Shown here in pieces: positions 17,847 through 24,917 of a stretch of DNA of 52,774 nucleotides (its first letter is position 1; each line of letters opens with the position of its first letter). Below the pieces are notes generated by a model. It was not told the DNA's origin and searched no databases. It saw only the letters and a program-made list of their open reading frames with translations. The DNA is from Candidatus Saccharimonadota bacterium (GTDB lineage: Bacteria > Patescibacteriota > Saccharimonadia > Saccharimonadales > UBA4665). Where the stretch lies: positions 1-52,774 of the forward strand of contig DAHUZY010000001.1 in NCBI GenBank assembly GCA_027314885.1, written 5' to 3'. The translations under genes and the position numbers were made by a program.

Positions 17847-18605
17847 TCAAGCCATTTTGGCCACTACTTGCTGCATAGCTACATCGAGATTATCAAAATA
17901 GGTACTTATAGCAGCCTGGGCATGTGGGTATGTAGCGTTAACCGGCTGAGCATCTACAATAGTTAGGTGGCCTTTGTGAATGCCGAGGTTGTTGGCGCCA
18001 AGTATGTCCGTAGAGAGCTGGTGTGAGGCGTATAGAGCTCGGCTACCCATTATTACGTCACCCAGCTCATCAATAAACTCAGGATAGGTAGCTTGCACCT
18101 GGCCAATTCTGCCCGCTAATGCAGAGATACCTTCTTCTTCCTCGTTAAGCTTTAAGTAGTCAACTTCTACGTATTGTTGCGTTATCCTAACCGCTTGCAG
18201 AAAGCGATGCTCAGGATGCGGGCCAATGTCAATGGAATGAGGTAAAACCGCCGGTCCGACATACTCCACAAGGTTTTGATGCTCTTCTATCATGCTATCC
18301 GCTAGACACCGACGTTCTCGACGAGATAAGCTCACACTATCCTTATGTGCTTTAACAACCACACCTTCACCTATTTTGTAAACATCTGAAATGTAACCAC
18401 TGCCTATCTTAGTAACATCTGAACCTAAACCAACTCTAAGCAAGGCTGCTGTTTTTTTGGGATATCTCGTAGCCGCTCTATGGACCGCCATTAGTCCAGC
18501 TCGTTTAGCAGGGTTAGCCACTGACCTAATTTCGTCTACTCTCGTTTGAAGATCAGTGCCTGAAGCCTCAATACTTCTGATGGCGGCTCTTCTTATGGAA
18601 GCCAT
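17847..18605 (-). CDS. Protein-kinase-like fold protein (atypical kinase/phosphotransferase)
   Basis: IGSGYISDVYKIGEGVVVKAHK supplies a Gly-rich loop and a VxK lysine. EEHQNLVEY is an alphaC-like Glu. DILGANNLGI is a D-x4-N catalytic-loop-like motif, and TIVDAQP is DFG-like. Confidence 0.5.
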   Translation of the reverse strand: MASIRRAAIRSIEASGTDLQTRVDEIRSVANPAKRAGLMAVHRAATRYPKKTAALLRVGLGSDVTKIGSGYISDVYKIGEGVVVKAHKDSVSLSRRERRCLADSMIEEHQNLVEYVGPAVLPHSIDIGPHPEHRFLQAVRITQQYVEVDYLKLNEEEEGISALAGRIGQVQATYPEFIDELGDVIMGSRALYASHQLSTDILGANNLGIHKGHLTIVDAQPVNATYPHAQAAISTYFDNLDVAMQQVVAKMA

Positions 18606-18783
18606 AATTTATAAACTATACACTCAATATAGATATTATACAAATATATTCATGCTCGTTATCTAAAGTATTGGGGCACGCTCATTCACTTCTCGAACAT
18701 CGAGCAAGGGAATTCATAGGGTGAGCCAGCTGGGAAATTCCTGGAAACCACTTTACGCTGTTTTGTTACACTTTGATTCGCAC

Positions 18784-19169
18784 TTACGTAGTCAGCTGGG
18801 GTCTGGGTATTCCAACGAAGTCTTTTGTATTAGAGGCCATAAGTGAACAGCCATTTAAAATAGTTGTAGCAGCAATAGTGGCATCGGCAAGCTCAATAGG
18901 TCGCTCTAGATCTCGCGCTATTTCTCCGGCTAACTTGGCAATATCATAGCTGTAGGGCAAAATCTTTAAGGGGCTAATTGTTGCTAAAAGGTATTGTTCT
19001 TTCTTCTCATCTTTAGTACTTCTACCTTCATATAGCTCTTGAATGCTAATTATAGATATTGCTAACGTCTCTTTTGGTTGTTGCCGGGCAATGCGCATTA
19101 ACTTGGAATCAGCTTTGGCATTTGCGAGCGAAGGTGATCAATAATTATATTAGTATCAAGTACTACCAT
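18784..19169 (-). pseudogene. vapC: PIN-domain VapC toxin disrupted by a frameshift
   Basis: ATG 19169 gives MVVLDTNIIIDHLRSQMPKLIPS, ending at TAA 19100-19098. The rest of the PIN domain (track ORF 18784..19098, ...ISIISIQELYEGRS...LMASNTKDF) is in another frame, open back to 19137. Adding one A to the AAA run (19121-19123) restores MVVLDTNIIIDHLRSQNAKADSKLMRIARQQ... Confidence 0.7.
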
Positions 19170-19459
19170 GGCTCTTTTCTAGATTTTGAAGCATTTAGCT
19201 CCGTCTTGGATCTACTGTACCTTAATTCATCCCAATCGTCATTGGCCCAGGCACCTTTAGTTTTTTCAAGTAATTGCAGGTATGAACTCTCTGTTTCGGA
19301 TTTAGTTATGAATTCCTCGACGGGATGTATGTAAATACCACCACCAGCCACAGTGATGTTAAGCGTTACGTTGCTATCAATACCCAAACTGTCTCTTATA
19401 TCTTTTGGTATGACTACTTGGCCCTTATCATTTGTGGTGGTGAATGATCCTATTTTCAT
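19163..19459 (-). CDS. AbrB/MazE (SpoVT-AbrB) family antitoxin
   Basis: The N-terminus MKIGSFTTTNDKGQVVIPKDIRDSLGIDSNVTLNITV is a swapped-hairpin AbrB-type motif. Its stop overlaps the vapC ATG (ccATGgTAG). Confidence 0.8.
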   Translation of the reverse strand: MKIGSFTTTNDKGQVVIPKDIRDSLGIDSNVTLNITVAGGGIYIHPVEEFITKSETESSYLQLLEKTKGAWANDDWDELRYSRSKTELNASKSRKEPW

Positions 19460-19482
19460 AATAGTAATATTTTATTACTATT
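19460..19482. promoter_or_regulatory. Inverted repeat immediately upstream of the AbrB-type antitoxin (candidate operator)
   Basis: aatagtaat (19460-19468) and attactatt (19474-19482) are perfect reverse complements separated by 5 nt. The repeat directly abuts the start codon at 19459. Confidence 0.4.
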
Positions 19483-19703
19483 CTTACATCCTTGTCAGGA
19501 AGAAAATACTGTATGTATTCGATGGTTTAAATTTGTCAAAATCGTATCTCATATATCCTACCTCTAGTCCCCTAATACACTAGAGGACTACAATAAAGAC
19601 TGGTGACCATCTAAGCCGTAGCTGTAACACCTTACATGCAGACTTAGCGTTATCTAACGACAAGCTAGAAAAGCCGGAGTTTGGACAAATATGTTAAGCT
19701 GTC

Positions 19704-20096
19704 TTATTTTAGAGCGTTTACTAGCTTCAAAGTATTGGCCTTAGTAGCAAGTATTCTACTGTCGCTGGTCATCAACGAACATTTTTCGTTCAGCGCGACA
19801 CTAATCAACATATTGTCAAAGGGGTCCTTATTATCGGGATTAAAAATGGCGTAATCTTTCAGGGAATTTATACTTGGATTGAGTAATTCAATGCCCATTG
19901 CCGGTAAATCATCCAACACCGAAGTATCGACGGTCATTTTGCCGATACTCTCTTTTATTTTCATCTCAAAAAAAGAAAAGTAGCTCAAAAAGACTCTGTT
20001 AGAGGTATCACTCAGTAGTTCAAGAGCATTGTGCCCAAGGCTGGAGTCCTGAGTTACCAACCAGACAAATACTTGTGTATCAATTAAGATCTTCAT
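19704..20096 (-). CDS. vapC: PIN-domain VapC-family toxin
   Basis: Begins MKILIDTQVFVWLV... (N-terminal acidic D) and contains ...SYFSFFEMKIK...DPFDNMLISVALNEKCSLMTSDSRI. It is 130 aa, lies downstream of a Phd-type antitoxin and is separated from it by 9 nt. Confidence 0.85.
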   Translation of the reverse strand: MKILIDTQVFVWLVTQDSSLGHNALELLSDTSNRVFLSYFSFFEMKIKESIGKMTVDTSVLDDLPAMGIELLNPSINSLKDYAIFNPDNKDPFDNMLISVALNEKCSLMTSDSRILATKANTLKLVNALK

Positions 20097-20105
20097 TACG
20101 GGTTA

Positions 20106-20351
20106 TTAACCTAGTAGTAATTCGCCGACTTTGCGCTCGGATGAGGAAGAGAAAGCATCCGGCTTGACAGTGATCTTACCTTTGCCGATAGTAAAGTTCC
20201 GTTTAGCCTTATTGCCGATATAATCCGGCGACTTGATTAGTAATACCTCGGCTTTTCCGAAGCCGCCGATATATATCTTATCGCCCTGCTTGGCAGCAGC
20301 AATGTACTTGCTGAGGTTGGTTTTAGCATCGTGGATAGAAACTGTTTTCAT
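20106..20351 (-). CDS. Phd/YefM-family antitoxin
   Basis: MKTVSIHDAKTNLSKYIAAAKQGDKIYIGGFGKAEVLLIK matches the Phd/YefM N-terminal pattern. Confidence 0.8.
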   Translation of the reverse strand: MKTVSIHDAKTNLSKYIAAAKQGDKIYIGGFGKAEVLLIKSPDYIGNKAKRNFTIGKGKITVKPDAFSSSSERKVGELLLG

Positions 20352-20590
20352 GTCTTTATATTAGCTAACTAGACTAAGTCTGTCAATAGTGCTCAGGTCG
20401 TTAAAATGGTGAACCACATACAACCCAACTTTAATGAAATTGTTGCCGAGATTATTAGGTGGAACGAGATAATGCGTGGTGTTTATGAGTTCAAGCCAAC
20501 CTTTAATATAGAAAAACTCTCTTATGGTAACCCTAAGTCACCCGATTTATAGACAAATCGTTAAGGAAATTATTAGATGGAATGGAATGC

Positions 20591-21001
20591 TTAAGAAAGT
20601 AACTTTATAGAAATATTCTTTAGGCCAGAGTAGGTGTCAACTAGTGTTTTGTCAAAAGTAATGAAACTGGTGCAGCCGTTTCTTATTGCTACACCGAGCT
20701 GAAGTGCATCTTCAAAGTCATTATTGCGTATGTTGTTAAAAGCCCATTCAAAATCACCAGAGTCCAGCGAGAGTATAGTGTAATCTTTCAGAAAGCTCCT
20801 TAATACTGGTAGGTCAACTCGCTGCTGCCCAAAATAGGCGATGAGATGTGCAGTTAGTGATGAGATGTTTAGGCTGTTACTATATTTATATAGTAAATCT
20901 TTAGCTAATTGCTTGTTCTGCCGCTCTAGGATAATTTCTAGAACTATATTGGCATCCAGAAATACGCTACTGGCTTGAGTACTTGTCAGTAATAGATTCA
21001 T
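20591..21001 (-). CDS. vapC: PIN-domain toxin
   Basis: Contains SSVFLDANIVLEIIL..., ...NISSLTAHLIAYF... and ...DFEDALQLGVAIRNGCTSFITFDKTL. It overlaps the upstream Phd-type gene by 35 nt. Confidence 0.8.
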   Translation of the reverse strand: MNLLLTSTQASSVFLDANIVLEIILERQNKQLAKDLLYKYSNSLNISSLTAHLIAYFGQQRVDLPVLRSFLKDYTILSLDSGDFEWAFNNIRNNDFEDALQLGVAIRNGCTSFITFDKTLVDTYSGLKNISIKLLS

Positions 21002-21236
21002 GGTACAGCTCCTTAACGGACTTGTTGGGATTAAAAGGAGATGGTTGCTTAGTTGCTGTTTCGAATGCCTTCAGACCTGCAAGTTTTTGGCTATGTTTAT
21101 TTGTTAAAGCATTAATAGCACTCAGAAGTACTGGCTTCTTAAAACGATGCTGGACAATAATATCTTCACCGTTAATTACCCGGTCAAGAATTTCATCCAT
21201 ATGCTGCCTTAAATCTTTTGCACCAATTGTTTTCAT
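20967..21236 (-). CDS. Phd/YefM-family antitoxin
   Basis: MKTIGAKDLRQHMDEILDRVINGEDIIVQHRFKKPVLLSAINAL matches the Phd/YefM pattern. Confidence 0.8.
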   Translation of the reverse strand: MKTIGAKDLRQHMDEILDRVINGEDIIVQHRFKKPVLLSAINALTNKHSQKLAGLKAFETATKQPSPFNPNKSVKELYHESITDKYSSQ

Positions 21237-21243
21237 ACTCTAA

Positions 21244-21261
21244 GTTTAACTTAAGTTAAAC
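21244..21261. promoter_or_regulatory. Perfect 18-bp palindrome upstream of the Phd-type antitoxin (candidate operator)
   Basis: gtttaacttaagttaaac is its own reverse complement and lies 8 nt upstream of the start codon at 21236. Confidence 0.45.
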
Positions 21262-21520
21262 CTGCTGTCAATTAAGTGTATCGGTCCATAACATATTGGA
21301 CTCTGCTGGCATTAATTGTAGCGAGTCTAGCAAAGCTCGCATAGGGCTTTTAAGTTTCAAGGTGAAATGAGGTTGTTATGAGTTGTACCATAGCAGCCAA
21401 TCCATAAGCTGGTAGTTAAAGCTTCCCGTGTCATAACCCTTGAAACAGGTTTTGGAACCCCTGAACTTATAAATTCCTATCTGTTAGTTCGAAAAATTGC
21501 TAATAATTCTGTCGAAAATT

Positions 21521-21534
21521 CTGATTTGGTGACC
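21521..21534 (+). repeat. Distal copy of a 14-bp direct repeat (att-like core)
   Basis: ctgatttggtgacc is identical to 22181-22194. It is followed by ctaggccacccggtttata, which resembles a deleted tRNA-Glu T-arm region (tRNA: tcacggggaatcgaaccccggttgct). Confidence 0.9.
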
Positions 21535-21597
21535 CTAGGCCACCCGGTTTATAAGGACATTGCCCCGAAATTCTTCGGTGGAACCAATTATTAAATT

Positions 21598-21621
21598 ATA
21601 GTTGCTATAATTCGCAACTAT
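21598..21621 (+). promoter_or_regulatory. Inverted repeat flanking a TATAAT box upstream of the RHH antitoxin (candidate autoregulated promoter/operator)
   Basis: The arms atagttgc (21598-21605) and gcaactat (21614-21621) flank tataattc, 16 nt upstream of ATG 21637. Confidence 0.45.
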
Positions 21622-21636
21622 TGCTACCATAATAAT

Positions 21637-21906
21637 ATGGCAACTACTCAAGGTATAAAACTAGACGACAATACCCGTGAAAGACTAAAAGTCTTGGCTA
21701 AGAAAAAGCAGCACTCACCTCACTGGATTATGCGAACTGCTATAGAAGACTACCTTAAGAGGGAGGAACAATATGAAAAAGAAAAAGCCGAAGATAATGC
21801 AAGGTGGGAGCAGTATCTTATAACTGGTAAAGCTATTGAGCACGAAAAGGTAGAGACTTGGCTAAAAGCCTTAAGCCAGGGTAAACCACGCAAATGGCAA
21901 GAATAA
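21637..21906 (+). CDS. Ribbon-helix-helix (CopG/ParD-like) antitoxin
   Basis: MATTQGIKLDDNTRERLKVLAKKKQHSPHWIMRTAIEDYLKREE is an RHH fold pattern. It overlaps the toxin start by 13 nt. Confidence 0.8.
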   Translation: MATTQGIKLDDNTRERLKVLAKKKQHSPHWIMRTAIEDYLKREEQYEKEKAEDNARWEQYLITGKAIEHEKVETWLKALSQGKPRKWQE

Positions 21907-22184
21907 AATGGCTTCCAGAAGCCGTACAGGACTTTGAGCGTCTATATTTCTTCTTATTAGATAAAGATAGCGAAGCTGCTAAAAGAGCTGCGTCAAGCAT
22001 CCTTAGCGGTTCAGAAATACTTAAACTTACACCAAGAATTGGTCGCCCTATGCCAGATGACGGAAACAGACGCGAACTATTTATGGCTTTTGGAGCGGGA
22101 GCCTATGTTATTAGATATAAGCTAGAGGGCGAAAATACAGTAGTAATAATCAGGGTCTGGCACAGCAGAGAAAACAGAAACTGA
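21894..22184 (+). CDS. RelE/ParE-family toxin
   Basis: The sequence is MARIKWLPEAVQDFERLYFFLLDKDSEAAKRAASSI...GRPMPDDGNRRELFMAFGAGAYVIRYKLEGENTVVIIRVWHSRE. This is a typical ParE/RelE plasmid-stabilisation toxin pattern. Confidence 0.85.
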   Translation: MARIKWLPEAVQDFERLYFFLLDKDSEAAKRAASSILSGSEILKLTPRIGRPMPDDGNRRELFMAFGAGAYVIRYKLEGENTVVIIRVWHSRENRN

Positions 22185-22194
22185 TTTGGTGACC
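22181..22194 (+). repeat. Proximal copy of the 14-bp direct repeat, overlapping the relE stop codon and the tRNA-Glu 3' end
   Basis: ctgatttggtgacc. Positions 22187-22194 are the last 8 nt (GGTCACCA) of tRNA-Glu on the reverse strand, and 22182-22184 is the toxin TGA. Confidence 0.9.
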
Positions 22195-22261
22195 TCACGG
22201 GGAATCGAACCCCGGTTGCTGGGATGAGAACCCAGTGTCCTAGCCGCTAGACGATGAGGCC
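22187..22261 (-). tRNA. tRNA-Glu (anticodon CTC), CCA encoded
   Basis: Reverse complement is GGCCTCATCGTCTAGCGGCTAGGACACTGGGTTCTCATCCCAGCAACCGGGGTTCGATTCCCCGTGAGGTCACCA. The acceptor GGCCTCA pairs with TGAGGTC. The anticodon stem CTGGG/CCCAG carries loop TTCTCAT. The T arm is CGGGG-TTCGATT-CCCCG. Confidence 0.93.
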
Positions 22262-22363
22262 CTGAGTGCAAACGTTAGCTTAGCATATCTGTTATACACC
22301 GTCCAGCTACCCAGACTTCCTATTGAATGTAAGCCACCTTTGTTACACTAAAGTATAAGCACT

Positions 22364-23644
22364 ATGAGCAACTTTCTTTTTATTCATCGGCAACAAGAGA
22401 GCAAGAAGGACGCACCTGTAGATATTCCTACCATCTTGCGTGATGAAACACAGCGCTTTAAAGCTATTATCGAAGCAATTGAGGATGGAGTGATTCTGCT
22501 TGGCAATAAGAAGCACATTGTATTGATGAATCCAGCTGCCGGTCATCTGACTGGGTGGAAGCCTGATGATGCGGTTAATATAAGCATCGAATCAGTAGTA
22601 AAGTTTGTTAATAATAAAGGTGAACTGCTGCCAAAAGAAAAAGATCCGCTTGAAGAAGTATTTAACACTCAAAAGAGTGTTAAGAATAATAATCTCTTTC
22701 TACGCGCCAGGGATAGCACCCAGATATCTATTGATCTTGTTATTACCCCCATCCTGGATCAAGCAGGTGGAGTCTCGGCCGCCGTTATGGTAATCCGTGA
22801 TGTCACCAAAGAGCGAGCTGAAGAACAGCAAAGAGCCGATTTTATTAGCACCGCCAGCCATGAGATGCGTACCCCAGTTGCAGCAATTGAAGGCTATTTG
22901 GCCCTTGCTCTTAACGACAAAGTTGCAAGTATTGACAGTCGGGCAAGGGGATATCTGGAAAAGGCACACAGCTCTACACAACATCTCGGGCAGTTGTTTC
23001 AGGATCTTCTCACCAGTGCAAAGGCTGAGGACGGTCGCTTAGCGAGCCATCCCGTAGTACTCGAAATGGGAGAATTTATAGAAAAACTCACCAATGATCT
23101 CAAGCTTGTGGCAGACAAAAAAGGCCTTGAGATGGTGCTGCAAGCAAGCAGTAATGAAGCATCAATCAACGCAACCGCAGAGAGTGAAGGTGGTAAACGT
23201 GTGATCAGGCCGCTTTATTACGCAGTTGCCGACCCTGATCGCTTGCGCGAGGTAATCACCAATTTGTTCGATAATGCGGTCAAGTACACCCCCGCAGGCA
23301 CCATCACGCTCGGTATTACGGGCAATGACCAGGTGGTGCAAGGTTATGTTCGCGACACAGGACCAGGTATACCGGCAGAAGATTTACCCCATCTTTTCCA
23401 GAAATTCTATCGAGTAGATAATTCTGCCACTCGCACTATTGGGGGCACCGGTCTTGGCTTATTTATTTGTCGGAAGATTATTGAGCTTTACCACGGACAA
23501 ATATGGGCAGAAAGCACATTAGGCAAGGGTAGCACTTTCTACTTTAATCTGCCTCGATTAGACAATAAAAGAGCCGAGGAATTGCTCGCCAATCCTGCCA
23601 CTAAAGAAACGGCTGCGCATGCCGAGCAGCCACAAATAATTTAG
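22364..23644 (+). CDS. Cytoplasmic PAS-domain sensor histidine kinase
   Basis: A PAS-like N-terminus (FKAIIEAIEDGVILLG...) precedes the H-box SHEMRTPVAAIEGYLALAL, the N-box TNLFDNAVKYT and the G-box GGTGLGLFICRKIIELYHGQIWAES. No TM helices are apparent. Confidence 0.9.
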   Translation: MSNFLFIHRQQESKKDAPVDIPTILRDETQRFKAIIEAIEDGVILLGNKKHIVLMNPAAGHLTGWKPDDAVNISIESVVKFVNNKGELLPKEKDPLEEVFNTQKSVKNNNLFLRARDSTQISIDLVITPILDQAGGVSAAVMVIRDVTKERAEEQQRADFISTASHEMRTPVAAIEGYLALALNDKVASIDSRARGYLEKAHSSTQHLGQLFQDLLTSAKAEDGRLASHPVVLEMGEFIEKLTNDLKLVADKKGLEMVLQASSNEASINATAESEGGKRVIRPLYYAVADPDRLREVITNLFDNAVKYTPAGTITLGITGNDQVVQGYVRDTGPGIPAEDLPHLFQKFYRVDNSATRTIGGTGLGLFICRKIIELYHGQIWAESTLGKGSTFYFNLPRLDNKRAEELLANPATKETAAHAEQPQII

Positions 23645-23707
23645 AGATAAGGGCATAGCTCGCTTTACTTAGGTAATTATCAGAAAAGTACTGTTTAATG
23701 CGATGTC

Positions 23708-24814
23708 GTGCATGAAATTAAAAAATGTGTCACCCACTATTATGGGCGGGGGAAAGAGCTTGTTCTTAAGTATGACATCCTGATGGCGCTAATCTGTACC
23801 GCTGCAGTAGTCTTGCTTGGTATTTTTCTTGGCTTACACAATGATGCAATGATCTCGGCACGACTCGGTGCATATGTCCACTATTCACTTTCTAGGCCAC
23901 TAAGCATATTTTCTCATTGGGACGGAAACGACTATTTAAGTATTGCGAAACACGGTTACAGGTCATTATTAAATGCAGGCTTCTTTCCGCTTTATCCTCT
24001 CATAATCAGGGGTTTTTATTATATAGCCGGGTCATATCTGGTAAGTGCGCTTACTATTTCTTGGTTGAGCTTGATTGGGGCAATTTACTTTTACATTAAA
24101 ATAGTAAGGCACTTAGGATTAGTTGGCAGAAAAACCAATATTCCGCTGATGATCGCGCCTTTTGTATTCTTTCCTACCGCCGTCTTTATGATGGTGACGT
24201 ATACCGAAGGCTTGTTCGCCCTTTTTGCACTTGCCAGCATCTACTTCGCATTGAAGAGGCGATATATGCTGGTAGGGCTCTTTACCTTATGCGCATTTCT
24301 GACTCATATTACTGGTGCTTTCTTGGTAATCTTAGATGGGCTTATCCTGCTTGAAGAAAGCGTGCCATTAAAAAAAGTTGCATTATCAACCGCAATGGGC
24401 TCTTCGGGCTTGTTAATATTTATGGGGTATTCGTACGTGCGTTTTCACAACGCGTTAGAGTTCCTCAAATCTCAGACACATATTCATGGCTGGCTTAAAG
24501 CAAACTATCTCAGTTTGCTGTCCAATACGAGCTATCTGAATGCATTTTTTGCTATTTTACTCATCATTACAGCGACATACTTCTGGGATAAACGTAGAAG
24601 CTTCTCAATATACTCACTATTATTTCTGCTTATTCCAATAGTCGGGGCCCAGTGGGGTGGTTTTAATCGCTACGTGATCATGGCCTTCCCGATTCCTATT
24701 ATGATTTATCAAGTCTTTAAGGATAAGCAGGCGTATGTGTTCATAGTGATGTTGACTACGATATTTTGGACGTATACTCTCTTGCAGTATGCCGCAGGCT
24801 TTATTAGTAGTTAA
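23708..24814 (+). CDS. Polytopic membrane protein, GT-C-fold (PIG-V/mannosyltransferase-like) glycosyltransferase candidate
   Basis: Contains the SHWDGNDYLSIAKHGY motif, recalled from PIG-V-like mannosyltransferases, and about 9-10 TM helices. GTG start; the true start may be an internal Met. Confidence 0.5.
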   Translation: MHEIKKCVTHYYGRGKELVLKYDILMALICTAAVVLLGIFLGLHNDAMISARLGAYVHYSLSRPLSIFSHWDGNDYLSIAKHGYRSLLNAGFFPLYPLIIRGFYYIAGSYLVSALTISWLSLIGAIYFYIKIVRHLGLVGRKTNIPLMIAPFVFFPTAVFMMVTYTEGLFALFALASIYFALKRRYMLVGLFTLCAFLTHITGAFLVILDGLILLEESVPLKKVALSTAMGSSGLLIFMGYSYVRFHNALEFLKSQTHIHGWLKANYLSLLSNTSYLNAFFAILLIITATYFWDKRRSFSIYSLLFLLIPIVGAQWGGFNRYVIMAFPIPIMIYQVFKDKQAYVFIVMLTTIFWTYTLLQYAAGFISS

Positions 24815-24917
24815 AAGCCGCAACCCTAAAACTATTTATTTCTAAGTAGTTCCCGCTCTATGCCAATCGTGCTACAATAAACATGAATAACCATAAGCCG
24901 CACTAAGGAGTTCAGCT

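Larger units (their letters stand above)
18700..22194. mobile_element. AT-rich island of four type II TA cassettes anchored at the 3' end of tRNA-Glu; no integrase
   Basis: It holds four antitoxin/toxin pairs. GC is low (17/60 on line 19501, versus 30/60 at 18001). Each spacer carries a TGGTGACC-initiated repeat derived from the tRNA 3' end (22187, 21527, 20525, 20407, 19601, and a weak copy at 18720). Confidence 0.55.
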
